A stretch of DNA of 64,000 bases from a virus, in the IMG/VR virus record IMGVR_UViG_3300030202_002193, positions 20,539 to 84,538 of that record; one strand, 5' to 3'. Within the stretch, counting starts at the first letter, position 1. Every line of letters begins with the position of its first letter. Under the pieces are notes generated by a model. It was given only the letters and a program-made list of their open reading frames with translations, was not told where the DNA came from and ran no database searches. Made by a program: the position numbers and the translations under genes. Below, in pieces: positions 10,274 through 19,837 of this stretch.

Positions 10274-10678
10274 TTACATATAGTCCGGTATATCCCAAGA
10301 CCCATAAGAAGTATTCTTATCCCACATCTGTAGCATTTCTCCACTTTGGGCATCATCGGGAACAAAATTATATCCTTGATTATCTAAAGCATATGCGATT
10401 AAATGATAGAGATTTTCGCCATATCCTCTTCTCATAAATCTAGAGTCTGTTCTAACATCTTTTGCTTGAAAGGTATCGTCATCTATCTTTTCTGCATAAG
10501 CCCTTGTTATTTGCCTACCTTCTTTATCAATAATATTAGCATCCAAAGATTCATCGTGAATAGAAACTGACATTTTTAATTTTTCATCACTTTTGTTGTC
10601 TAGAAACATGGCAGTTGTTTCATCTCCCCTAATAACTATATTAGAAATGCGGTTTTGTTTTAATATTTTTTGCCACAT
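10274..10678 (-). CDS. GNAT-family acetyltransferase with WxxILK leader
   Basis: Motif A-like VRTDSRFMRRGYGENLY; N-terminus MWQKILKQ. Confidence 0.65.
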   Translation of the reverse strand: MWQKILKQNRISNIVIRGDETTAMFLDNKSDEKLKMSVSIHDESLDANIIDKEGRQITRAYAEKIDDDTFQAKDVRTDSRFMRRGYGENLYHLIAYALDNQGYNFVPDDAQSGEMLQMWDKNTSYGSWDIPDYM

Positions 10679-10696
10679 AGTAATCAATAATCCTCT

Positions 10697-11065
10697 TTAA
10701 TATCTTTCATCTAGTTCAAACTTACCTTCTAATTTGTTTCGGGTTCCCTCGGCAGTATTGGATTGTCTAGTATCGGGAACATAGTTTTTGGAAGGAGATT
10801 CTTCTTCTTTTAGTTTAATAACATAATACATGGTTGGGGAAGCAAGACTTTGAAATACTCCATCTTCCATTTTAACTACCTTTCCCTCTTTAGCACTACC
10901 AACAACAGTATAATTTATTTCTTTGGCCATTTTTTTTATCCAAGCAAAAGCATCATCCCTGTCTGTAAAGTCCTTTGTTTCAGGTTCATAGTCTCCATCA
11001 CTGTCTTGTAATTTGAGATATAACACTATTTCGTTATCCTTTTGTTTTAATATTTTTTGCCACAT
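10697..11065 (-). CDS. WxxILK-leader protein (MWQKILKQ)
   Basis: Leader identical at DNA level to neighbour. Confidence 0.7.
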   Translation of the reverse strand: MWQKILKQKDNEIVLYLKLQDSDGDYEPETKDFTDRDDAFAWIKKMAKEINYTVVGSAKEGKVVKMEDGVFQSLASPTMYYVIKLKEEESPSKNYVPDTRQSNTAEGTRNKLEGKFELDERY

Positions 11066-11075
11066 TTTAATTCCT

Positions 11076-11435
11076 CTAATTTTCTTCTATTATTGAATAT
11101 CTATCCTCTTGTTCTTTTCGCATATATGTAATTGTCTTTACATGAATATTTCTGCTATATCTTTTAATTACTAAATATGCGTTTTTCTTTTTCTGCCTAA
11201 CTAATTTTACAATGATTGTAGTTTTTTTCGGTAGTTGTCCTCGATTAAGTTTTCTTTCTATAGCGTTTTTGATTCTTTTCATTTTAATATCGGGGAATCT
11301 TAATTGTAAATTGTCACTAAAATGTTTGGTTAAAAAAATCTTTACTTTCTCTCCATTATTTAATTTTAAAAAATATTGTTCGGCAGTTTCTTTGATACTG
11401 TCGTATGGGTTTACCTTTAGAATCATTTTCCACAT
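11076..11435 (-). CDS. WxxILK-leader basic protein, possible RelE/BECR-like RNase fold
   Basis: FLTKHFSDNLQLR and terminal IHVKTITY pattern; fold call is tentative. Confidence 0.45.
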   Translation of the reverse strand: MWKMILKVNPYDSIKETAEQYFLKLNNGEKVKIFLTKHFSDNLQLRFPDIKMKRIKNAIERKLNRGQLPKKTTIIVKLVRQKKKNAYLVIKRYSRNIHVKTITYMRKEQEDRYSIIEEN

Positions 11436-11440
11436 AGTAA

Positions 11441-12109
11441 TCAATAATCCTTCAGCATCGTCATTACTCCACGATACACCATTTCCGGTTGAGATTTAGC
11501 CGACACAATATATTTGAATGTTGGGATGCCCTTATCATTAAGCCGTTGCATCCCATATTTGAAAGGTCCGAATATAGGATGGTCTTGTATGTCTCCGTCA
11601 TATTTGTGTTTTTCTCCCCAAATATCGTATTTATTAGCCCATATAGCAACTGCTATAGGGTAGTCTTGTTCTTTTTTCTTTTTTCTATTGGGCCAAGTAT
11701 TAGCACAAATGGCATCTACTAAAAATTTCCAAGCGAGTTGGTGGTCTAGATTAGCCCCGCTATCTAAATGTCTATGGTCAATCATAAAAATAATGTAATT
11801 CACCTTTCTTTTCTTCATATCAGAAATCCATTCTTTCCAATAGAATGATTCTCCCCCGACATCTGCTGATTTTAGAGTATGGATTTCTCCTTCAATTTTT
11901 ATTGTTTTTCTAGTTCCTTTATGAAGGCCGACTGTTCTTTTTTTAATTTCAGGAACTTCTCCTCTAGTTCTAAGTTGATGATTAAGAGTTGTCTTTCCTA
12001 CCATAGTTGCCCCATAAATTCCAAATTGTATGGCGTGTATTCTTTTGTAAAATGCTATCGCCGCTTCTGTTATTACAATAGCGAAACCTGCTAGTACTGA
12101 CACATTCAA
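11441..12109 (-). CDS. small Ras-superfamily (Arf-like) GTPase
   Basis: G1 GATMVGKT, G2 T in RTVG, G3 DVGG, G4 NKYD, G5 SAK; hydrophobic N-terminal helix. Confidence 0.85.
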   Translation of the reverse strand: MNVSVLAGFAIVITEAAIAFYKRIHAIQFGIYGATMVGKTTLNHQLRTRGEVPEIKKRTVGLHKGTRKTIKIEGEIHTLKSADVGGESFYWKEWISDMKKRKVNYIIFMIDHRHLDSGANLDHQLAWKFLVDAICANTWPNRKKKKEQDYPIAVAIWANKYDIWGEKHKYDGDIQDHPIFGPFKYGMQRLNDKGIPTFKYIVSAKSQPEMVYRGVMTMLKDY

Positions 12110-12327
12110 TCACCAAAGGTATGTGACCATGCAGATTGTAGGCCGTCTAAGCACCATCCTAAGATATTGATATCAAATACTCCTAATATATTTCCAATTA
12201 GAAATGACGCTAACGCCGCACAACTTCCCCAAAAATAAGCCCTAAATCTTAGAAACCAAATATCAGCAGAATGCGCTCTTTGCAAATCATATGCCATTGC
12301 GCCTTCATCAAAGCCAGTAAAAACCAT
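12106..12327 (-). CDS. small membrane protein
   Basis: Hydrophobic stretch AYFWGSCAALASFLIGNILGVF; overlaps GTPase start. Confidence 0.65.
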   Translation of the reverse strand: MVFTGFDEGAMAYDLQRAHSADIWFLRFRAYFWGSCAALASFLIGNILGVFDINILGWCLDGLQSAWSHTFGD

Positions 12328-12338
12328 GAGGCTTCACC

Positions 12339-12737
12339 TCATCTTTCAATGGCGGCCAAAAACTCATTGCCTACGCCTTCGGTTTCTAAAGAGGAAACTA
12401 ATTGAGTAGGTGGAACATTAAAGGTATTACTATGAGTCTTTAGGGTCTCTCGTATTTTTCCCTTCTGTTCTTCTTCCTTTCTTTTCTGCGCCCAAAAATG
12501 ATTCACTCTTCTATCTAGCAAATACATTTCAATTTTTTCATTAAGGGCTAAATCAAATACTGCTTTTAGAATCATGATGGCCCCTACTGTAATTAGCCCA
12601 AATAAAGTTGCGTGGGCTAAAGTCGTGTAAGGGAATTCTGTTCCATAATTAGCATAAAAGAAAACATTTGCTCCGCTAACCGTCCCTACGAATAGGATAG
12701 TCATAACTAGGCGTGTATCGTGTTGTAGTGCTGGCAT
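12339..12737 (-). CDS. two-TM membrane protein (holin-like architecture)
   Basis: Two hydrophobic helices followed by charged C-terminal tail. Confidence 0.6.
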   Translation of the reverse strand: MPALQHDTRLVMTILFVGTVSGANVFFYANYGTEFPYTTLAHATLFGLITVGAIMILKAVFDLALNEKIEMYLLDRRVNHFWAQKRKEEEQKGKIRETLKTHSNTFNVPPTQLVSSLETEGVGNEFLAAIER

Positions 12738-12746
12738 AAAAAAACC

Positions 12747-13070
12747 TCAATTAAATTCTACGGAAACTGCATGTCGTGTGGAAGCATCAGGGCTTCCCTC
12801 ACTATTTGCAATTTGCAAATAGAGTCCTTCTCTAGCCAAAACTCCGTGCATATCATATTCTAGATTAACAGGACCGGATGGTACGCTAAACACAAACCTA
12901 GCCAATTCTGTATTATTCGTTAAGGTAGAATCTTTTGAATCCCAAACCTTTATCGTAATTACATCGGGGCCACCGGCTTCTGCCGCTACATGTATGCTTT
13001 TTAATCTACATTGATGTGCCGCTATTACTGCGCTCGCCGTTAAAACTCCACTAGACCTGCAACTATCCAT
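12747..13070 (-). CDS. putative virion decoration protein
   Basis: Small beta-rich ORF downstream of MCP. Confidence 0.45.
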   Translation of the reverse strand: MDSCRSSGVLTASAVIAAHQCRLKSIHVAAEAGGPDVITIKVWDSKDSTLTNNTELARFVFSVPSGPVNLEYDMHGVLAREGLYLQIANSEGSPDASTRHAVSVEFN

Positions 13071-13119
13071 ATCAATCTCTCCGTATATCCGTAATGCCGA
13101 TAATACTTGAAGATGTTGG

Positions 13120-13503
13120 TCATTCAGAATCTTCAGATTCTTCTACAACTTCTTCAGTTTTTGTCGGTACTACTACTTCTTTTACCTTTTTAGCGGCTTT
13201 CTTAGCACTTGTTTTTGCTTTTGTTGCCACCGTTTTCTTAGGTAAGAGGAGTTTAACCAAGTCTTCGCCTGTAGGAACAGTAGGAAGATTTAGAATGCCT
13301 TGCGACATTCCTAAAAGTTTCTCACTCAATTCCAATAGTTCTTCTTCATCGGACTCTTCAAATGTAATGAGAAGGTTGGGGTCTTGCATTTTTAGCAGAC
13401 CTTTTAGTGCGGAGATTTCACAAGAGTCTTCCCTTGTTATTTCTTCTCGCCCAATTCTCAACCTTCCCATTACAGAAGACTCACTAAGAATAATCTTAGC
13501 CAA
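13120..13503 (-). CDS. hypothetical protein with Lys/Ala and acidic tail
   Basis: TTG start with GAGGTGA RBS. Confidence 0.6.
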   Translation of the reverse strand: MAKIILSESSVMGRLRIGREEITREDSCEISALKGLLKMQDPNLLITFEESDEEELLELSEKLLGMSQGILNLPTVPTGEDLVKLLLPKKTVATKAKTSAKKAAKKVKEVVVPTKTEEVVEESEDSE

Positions 13504-13513
13504 TTATTTCACC

Positions 13514-13855
13514 TCAAATGTTTCCGTATGCTCGGATTCTAATGGTAGTATCGGTAATATCTCCCGATGCTTGGGCATTAGTACCATCCATATTAACTAG
13601 ATATAGATGGAATCCGCCTTCGTAAAGTCCAGCCGCAGTACATTCTGCTGAAGCAGAGTAAGTAGCAGGTAGAGAATTTCCTGTAATTGTTACAGAAGTC
13701 AATTCTCCTAGTCCTAAAGAACTAGCACTAACTACTTCGCCTCCAGCAGTATATGTTGTTACTACAATAGCCGCATCCACGAAATACTCATCTCCGGAAA
13801 CTCTAGGCCTTGTCTGCCCTTTATGGTCAGCCAACAATGTTACAGTATGTGCCAA
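13514..13855 (-). CDS. putative capsid decoration/cement protein
   Basis: Immediately downstream of MCP; YTAGGE motif; TTG start with GAGGTG RBS. Confidence 0.5.
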   Translation of the reverse strand: MAHTVTLLADHKGQTRPRVSGDEYFVDAAIVVTTYTAGGEVVSASSLGLGELTSVTITGNSLPATYSASAECTAAGLYEGGFHLYLVNMDGTNAQASGDITDTTIRIRAYGNI

Positions 13856-13865
13856 TTAAAACACC

Positions 13866-15209
13866 TCACTGAATGTTGGTAATTTTACCTTGACCCTTGA
13901 AGAAAGAACAACCCATTTCACCGATAGTACGGTAAAGTGCTTGGTTTCCTAGACGACCAACACCGAATGGGTTTCCGTTGGAAATACCATCTTCGAAGTA
14001 TTGTGTAGGTTTCATAACTGCCAACCAAATGTGGTCAGTATCAAGGAATAGCAAATCGCTTAGTTTGCTAGATGCGCCTCCTGTAGAAGCCATATCCTTA
14101 CAAGGAATTAGTGGGATGTCGTAGTATGTTGCAACTCTAAATCCAACTTCAGCACCCTTTACTCCACGAACTCCATTTACAGTAGGAACGATTTCCTTTC
14201 TATCCATGAATCTTTCTTGGCTTTGTAGCAAATCAGCAACCGCTTGAATAGTATCATATCCTGTTAGAATTACCTTTGGAGAACCGCCAGCAATTCGCAA
14301 GTTGCGAATCATGTTGTTAAGTAGAGTTAGAGTTAGAGAACGAACATCTCCACTAGCATATCCACTTCCAAAGTCTACTTCAGCATCTAGGAAAGAAGCC
14401 GCAGAGAATCTTTCATCTCCGTAAATCTTACCCAAGTTGTTTGATGCACTTGTGGTATCGGTTGCAATAACTCCACCATCAATAGCCAAAAGTTCTGCAC
14501 GACTTGTAACAATCTTGTTTAGTGAAAGATAGTTTCTCTCGATGTTAGATAATGCAGATACTTCACCATAGTTTTCTAGTGGAGTTAGAAGCATCATGTT
14601 TTGTGCTTCTGCGTGAGCAATTCCCATATCTTCACGCATTTGCGCTCTGATGTCACCAATTCCATCATCAATCTTTGCCATTTCCATAGCCAACTCGGAG
14701 AAGTCGAATTGATGTGCAACAGTCTTAGGACTCATAAATAGTTGAGCGTAAGTAGGAGCCATAGAACCTAGACCGTCTGCCGCAGTAGAAAGTCCAGCGT
14801 TTTCTGCTACACCACCGATTTCGTCAAATTGTGCATCATCAGCACCAATTCCACCGCCAGTACCATCTCTCTGTAGTGATTCAGCAAGTGTGTTTCCGGA
14901 ACCACCGAAAGGTCGGCTTTTCAAAACTCTCCATCCGGAAGAAGTGTAAGGTCTCTTTGCAATCATTGAAAGAGCATTTACTTCACGGTTTAGCATTGAC
15001 CAAACCTTTTGTCCGTAAAGAACATTGTAAAGTCCGGTTGTTGTAGAAATTCCTGTTACGCCGCTTGCGCCAGCGTCAGCGATATCGTGAGCAGTTTGTA
15101 CTCCTTGTACCACTCCCGCTTGCTTTAGAATATCGTTGCCGCCAAATGCGCCACCGAATCCGTATGTTTCTGCTTCTAAGTCTCTAATAGTGTTAATATA
15201 TCCTGTCAT
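13866..15209 (-). CDS. major capsid protein (HK97 fold)
   Basis: ~447 aa after protease/scaffold; position and HK97-like C-terminal half (YYDIPLIPC, FLDTDHIWLAV, QGKITNI). Confidence 0.85.
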   Translation of the reverse strand: MTGYINTIRDLEAETYGFGGAFGGNDILKQAGVVQGVQTAHDIADAGASGVTGISTTTGLYNVLYGQKVWSMLNREVNALSMIAKRPYTSSGWRVLKSRPFGGSGNTLAESLQRDGTGGGIGADDAQFDEIGGVAENAGLSTAADGLGSMAPTYAQLFMSPKTVAHQFDFSELAMEMAKIDDGIGDIRAQMREDMGIAHAEAQNMMLLTPLENYGEVSALSNIERNYLSLNKIVTSRAELLAIDGGVIATDTTSASNNLGKIYGDERFSAASFLDAEVDFGSGYASGDVRSLTLTLLNNMIRNLRIAGGSPKVILTGYDTIQAVADLLQSQERFMDRKEIVPTVNGVRGVKGAEVGFRVATYYDIPLIPCKDMASTGGASSKLSDLLFLDTDHIWLAVMKPTQYFEDGISNGNPFGVGRLGNQALYRTIGEMGCSFFKGQGKITNIQ

Positions 15210-15222
15210 TTTATATTCCCCC

Positions 15223-16398
15223 TCAATTTCCAGCAAGCCTGTTCAAGTCGGCCCAACTCATGTTAGCAACATCATCCATTGACGGAATTGCCACGGATGG
15301 TGCAGTTTTGGATTTGAGAATTTCAGATGTTTCCGAAGAAAATGACTTTCTCAATTCAGCCAATTCTTCTTTAAGTGCGCTAACTTCAGACTTTGCATCA
15401 TAGTTAGCCTTGGAAATAATAGTTTCTCTTTCTGAAACTTCAGACTTAAATCTGTTAGCGAAAGTCTTTTCTAAGTTTCCTAGAGCAATCTTTTCTAGTT
15501 GTTCTGCTTTGTATTCTGAATATGCTTTCTCGATTACATCAGGAGAAAGGTTTAGTGAAGTAATTTCACCGTTGTCAAAGGCCTTAATGACCTTTGCTTG
15601 CTTTTCTCCTACTGGCTTGCCACCACTAATTACTACACGGTCAGCAGGTTCCCCTGTTTCTCCTTGTAGCGAAGTTTGTGCCTTGTATTCTACATCCATG
15701 TATTCTGAAGTCTCTACTTCAGCATCCATCAATTCTTCGTCCATAGCCGCCGCATTCATTTCTAAGTCTGCGTCTGCCGCAGGGGATTTCTCCTCTTCTT
15801 CTTTCCTTAGAGTATTGACTTCCTCTAATAGAGTGTCAAGTTCCTCTAATGCCTTTTCTAGTTTGTCGGTCATTTTTGTTCCCTCTTTTTCTTGTTTCAA
15901 AATGTCAAATTTCGCTTCAGGATTAATTCCTTTTTCGCATATGGTGACTTCGTGTAATTCTAGTTTGCTAATTTCGCTATATTCGCCTAATTCCGAATTT
16001 TGCTTCTTAACTTTCCGAAGTGCTTGTCCCCCTATGCTAAAAGACCTTAATGTTCCTTTGCGAATTCCCCTGTTTATTTCTTTTGCTTTTTCGATGTCAT
16101 CTCTTAATTTTATTACTACAAAAAATCCCACATCATCTACTTCAGTTTTCCATATTTTTCCATTTTTATCTCTATATGATTTTACTACTTCTCCTACTTG
16201 GACATTTGAATGGTTTGTCATTACATTTCTAAATTTTGCATTCTCCATGTATTTTTCTACTGCATCTTCTAGTGCTTTAAGTGTGATTAAATCATTTTGC
16301 TTATCTACGATTTCTATGCTTGCATATCCCCCAATCATTAAATCGTCTTGGCTTTTGAGAATCAGGAAATCATTGTTTTGTATAACGGCAGTTTCCAT
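15223..16398 (-). CDS. prohead protease fused to scaffold
   Basis: IGGYAS...DKQND...H...SFSIGG...LHEVTIC..GINPEA protease motifs; acidic coiled-coil C-half. Confidence 0.9.
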   Translation of the reverse strand: METAVIQNNDFLILKSQDDLMIGGYASIEIVDKQNDLITLKALEDAVEKYMENAKFRNVMTNHSNVQVGEVVKSYRDKNGKIWKTEVDDVGFFVVIKLRDDIEKAKEINRGIRKGTLRSFSIGGQALRKVKKQNSELGEYSEISKLELHEVTICEKGINPEAKFDILKQEKEGTKMTDKLEKALEELDTLLEEVNTLRKEEEEKSPAADADLEMNAAAMDEELMDAEVETSEYMDVEYKAQTSLQGETGEPADRVVISGGKPVGEKQAKVIKAFDNGEITSLNLSPDVIEKAYSEYKAEQLEKIALGNLEKTFANRFKSEVSERETIISKANYDAKSEVSALKEELAELRKSFSSETSEILKSKTAPSVAIPSMDDVANMSWADLNRLAGN

Positions 16399-16438
16399 TT
16401 TCCTCAACTCTTCGTTTTTTAATTAGGTATTTAATGCT

Positions 16439-18952
16439 TTAGGGTTTTTCCGTATTTATTGACAACTTTGCATATTTATCGTTATTGATATTCCAAATCC
16501 CTTTATCGCCTTCTTTGTCTGCTGGCTCTTGTTTATAGCCAGTCCAAGCCAACCACATTTCTTTATCGTCTACTGGGATTACTCTAAAGTGCATTTTAGT
16601 TTCAAATTTATTCCCCTTTATGAAATACTCATGGTAGCCATCTCTTTGTATTCCTAGAGTAATATCTCCTTCGTCTATTACTTTGGAATCAGGGGAGATG
16701 GTAGTAGCGACTTCAGCAGGGAATTTCCCCGCTTTACCGAATAGGTTGAATATATCATCATCCGAATTAATATCAATAGTCCAATACATTGTCTCTTCAG
16801 ATAATTTAATCGCAAATGTTAGGTTATCGTCCTTTCTAGAATATACCTTAAACTGGCCCTCCCTATATTCTGAAGGAGTTTGATATTCTTCTTCACTTAA
16901 CATTATCTTATCAGAATCCGCCATGAATTTTTTCTCCTTATGGCTAAAAGTAATTCCATCTCTAGAATTAAACCATTGAGTTAATTTACCCATATTGCTA
17001 TCCAATATACTATCATATAACCTTCCGACATCCTTAACTAAAAAATTATGTAGTTCTTTCACAGTCATAGGCCCTCTTTCTTTCAATCTTTGAAATACTG
17101 AAACAGTTAATTCACTTTGTTTAGTTTTCATTATGTTTTCTGCATCGGCCTTCCAAGAATTTAAATTCATCATAGCATGTTTAGACATTAGATTATCTTC
17201 TTCGAATTCATACAAAGCAAAGCCGTCCATAGATTTTAGAATTGCTTCCCCATGAACATAATCTGTAATCAGAATTCCTTTTTCTAAAGCCTTGGCCTTG
17301 AACTTCAGACTCTTTTTAGTTTCCTTAGATAGCATCTCTAATGTAACTATCTTATCAGGATATTCTACTTCGGGTATTTCTATAACACTAGAACCATAAA
17401 TGGTATATTTCTCACCATTGGTTTTTACTTCGTCCACCTTAACTCTAAGTATGTCTCCTATATCTACATCCACTTTGGTATTATTTGCCTTACCTACATT
17501 CATATATTTTATTTTATCTAATTCTTTAATGTGCTTTCCTTCTCCTTCTGCCGGACCAGCACCCAATGTGTATGAAAACATATTTGATTTTGTTTTCTTT
17601 TTATCTAAGACGATTAAATCTAAATCGACAAATTTCTTCCACTTAACCCATTTAGGATTTTTCTTAGTGCCTATGTAATATGTAGAAGTAATGTCTTTAA
17701 TAACCACTCCTTCAGCAGTAGGCATCTCCATAATTTCTTTACTATATTCTTCAATGTCTTTTATGCTATCCGCAATTCTAGTATCTTTCTTGGAAGGGAA
17801 TTGCAAATGGTCATCCGAGTGCATGGAATAATTATTGAATAGAATGTTTATTCTTTCGGATAGTTCTTCTGAAGCCATATTTCTCTCATCATGTCTCATG
17901 ATATCAAAAACATGAGCCTTTAATTCAGCATCCTGATATTGGTTCTTGAATACATGGGAAATAGTATCTGCACGATGTAGGGCTTCTTCTCCATCGAACA
18001 AAATTAATTCTGCATCAAGAATACAATCTCCGAAGTGCTTTCTCTTAATTACCTCGACTTGCCTTTCACATTTGTCAGTAATGTCCTTTTCATTGTAAGA
18101 ATATATTTTTACATTGTTATCTATCTTGTGAATCTGTATTCTCATACCATCATATTTTTCTTGAACAACCCATTCTCCGCTAAAGCCTTGTAATTCTTTG
18201 AGGTCATCTATCTCAAATATTCTATACATTGGCTTATTAGGTATTATGAAATCTACTTGGGCCTTTTCTTCTTGAGATTTTTCTGCTTTTTTAATCTCTA
18301 CACCTAATAGGCGATTCCATTCTTCCTCCGTGTTTTTAGATAGGAAGAATAGTTTTAGTAGAGATAGACCATTCTTAAATCTAGATTCTATTTTCTTAGA
18401 ATCCTTTCCATCTCCATAATGCTCTGTAATATATAACGGGATATCTTTAGGGTCTAAGTCTAATCCTTTTAGACCAATAGTAATATCGTCCGGCTCTATA
18501 TCTTTTATTGAATATAATTCATCAGATAAAACTTCATCATCGTTTCGTAGGGCATAATGAATAAACTTAATCATAGTCCCGCTATCTTCCATTAATGCTT
18601 CTAGGACATTTCCTTTGAAGCGTTTTGCAAATGGGTCTTGAACTTCGTCTGATTCGAAGCGTAGCATTTTAATTGCATTGTAGACCTTCTCGGCAGTAGG
18701 AGTTTCAGGATTCATTGCATCTTTAGATTGTAAGATGTCTTCTGCTAGGTATTGTTCTAGTTGCCCGCCCAAGTAATCTAAATTATCGTATTCATCTCTT
18801 AGGTCTTCTATTGTTTTTCTCCATCTAGAGCCATAGGTTTTAGAATCACTCTTAGCAGATAGGTAGGCCACTCTAGTCTTTTCGAAGAGAGAGAGGATTT
18901 TATCAGAAACGGATTCAGTTTCCTTCTCAAATAGAAGGCCGGTCAGTGGCAT
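16439..18952 (-). CDS. ATP-dependent DNA ligase with C-terminal LigD phosphoesterase-like domain, in head module
   Basis: Motif I QEKYDGMR, LDAEL, FDIM, EGVVIK, WVKWK; OB domain; C-terminal IDEGD...EYFIKGNKF...WL pattern. Confidence 0.8.
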   Translation of the reverse strand: MPLTGLLFEKETESVSDKILSLFEKTRVAYLSAKSDSKTYGSRWRKTIEDLRDEYDNLDYLGGQLEQYLAEDILQSKDAMNPETPTAEKVYNAIKMLRFESDEVQDPFAKRFKGNVLEALMEDSGTMIKFIHYALRNDDEVLSDELYSIKDIEPDDITIGLKGLDLDPKDIPLYITEHYGDGKDSKKIESRFKNGLSLLKLFFLSKNTEEEWNRLLGVEIKKAEKSQEEKAQVDFIIPNKPMYRIFEIDDLKELQGFSGEWVVQEKYDGMRIQIHKIDNNVKIYSYNEKDITDKCERQVEVIKRKHFGDCILDAELILFDGEEALHRADTISHVFKNQYQDAELKAHVFDIMRHDERNMASEELSERINILFNNYSMHSDDHLQFPSKKDTRIADSIKDIEEYSKEIMEMPTAEGVVIKDITSTYYIGTKKNPKWVKWKKFVDLDLIVLDKKKTKSNMFSYTLGAGPAEGEGKHIKELDKIKYMNVGKANNTKVDVDIGDILRVKVDEVKTNGEKYTIYGSSVIEIPEVEYPDKIVTLEMLSKETKKSLKFKAKALEKGILITDYVHGEAILKSMDGFALYEFEEDNLMSKHAMMNLNSWKADAENIMKTKQSELTVSVFQRLKERGPMTVKELHNFLVKDVGRLYDSILDSNMGKLTQWFNSRDGITFSHKEKKFMADSDKIMLSEEEYQTPSEYREGQFKVYSRKDDNLTFAIKLSEETMYWTIDINSDDDIFNLFGKAGKFPAEVATTISPDSKVIDEGDITLGIQRDGYHEYFIKGNKFETKMHFRVIPVDDKEMWLAWTGYKQEPADKEGDKGIWNINNDKYAKLSINTEKP

Positions 18953-18958
18953 AAGGCA

Positions 18959-19375
18959 TCACTTATAGATAGTCTTTATTGTATTAGCGTCATTTTTTAT
19001 TGCGAACACTTTTACAGGTTGAATATCGGGTATGCTTCTTCCTCTTTTTGTAGGTATCTTTTTTAGATTTCTAAAGGACTCAACTTCTCTTTTTCCGTCC
19101 TTAAAATAAATAACATCATATCCTATTATTTCTTTTTCTGCCTTCTTAATCTTATATTCCTCTTCTACACCTGCAAGACCGTAGCCTTCCTTGTCTTGAT
19201 TAGGAACTTTAATAGTGACATTTTCAGCCTTTGGTCTTTTGACCTTAACTTCTTCTTCATCCACTTCCAAAGGCATTCTATCTCTGTTTTCTTCTAGTAG
19301 AGTTTGCTTTGCAATTCTAGCGGCTCTAATTGCTCGCTGAATTTTTGCTTCTTCTTTTGTCATTCTTTCCGGCAT
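18959..19375 (-). CDS. hypothetical protein
   Basis: Start MPERMTKEE after GGTGA RBS. Confidence 0.65.
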   Translation of the reverse strand: MPERMTKEEAKIQRAIRAARIAKQTLLEENRDRMPLEVDEEEVKVKRPKAENVTIKVPNQDKEGYGLAGVEEEYKIKKAEKEIIGYDVIYFKDGKREVESFRNLKKIPTKRGRSIPDIQPVKVFAIKNDANTIKTIYK

Positions 19376-19376
19376 T

Positions 19377-19568
19377 TTACTCACCTTCGTATTTACCTTT
19401 TCGTAAAAGTTTATTAATTTCACCTAGCACTTTGAATCTATCATCATAAGATATTCTACCAGCCTCTTCTGCTAATATCAACAAACTATTTAATTGAGAC
19501 AAAACTTCATTAAGTTGCTTCATGTATTCCTTATCGTCTTTCTTAATATCGTAATAATCCCAAGTCAT
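19377..19568 (-). CDS. small protein with MTWDYY leader variant
   Basis: N-terminus duplicated with neighbour. Confidence 0.6.
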   Translation of the reverse strand: MTWDYYDIKKDDKEYMKQLNEVLSQLNSLLILAEEAGRISYDDRFKVLGEINKLLRKGKYEGE

Positions 19569-19573
19569 TTCAC

Positions 19574-19837
19574 TCACCTATTCTCCATAATATCTTCAAC
19601 CGTCACTTCAATGAGAGTTTCTTCGCCCTCATCATCTTGTACTTCAGTAGAATATTTTTCACCAATAGCCTGTTTTAGAATATCTTCAACCATCATATGT
19701 AATTCTCTTTCAGTTATACCGATTTCTTCCGGAAGTACATCTTCTCCGTTCCTTTCCAAAAGAACGCTAACTCTCATAGACATACTAAATATATCACTCT
19801 TTTTTATTTCTTTTTCATTGTAATAGTCCCAAGTCAT
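19574..19837 (-). CDS. small acidic protein with MTWDYY leader variant
   Basis: MTWDYYNEKEIKKS. Confidence 0.6.
   Translation of the reverse strand: MTWDYYNEKEIKKSDIFSMSMRVSVLLERNGEDVLPEEIGITERELHMMVEDILKQAIGEKYSTEVQDDEGEETLIEVTVEDIMENR

Noticed and set aside
15410-16426. 338-aa plus-strand ORF
   Set aside because: Antisense shadow of the prohead protease; Ser/Phe-rich composition expected from the reverse of Glu/Lys codons
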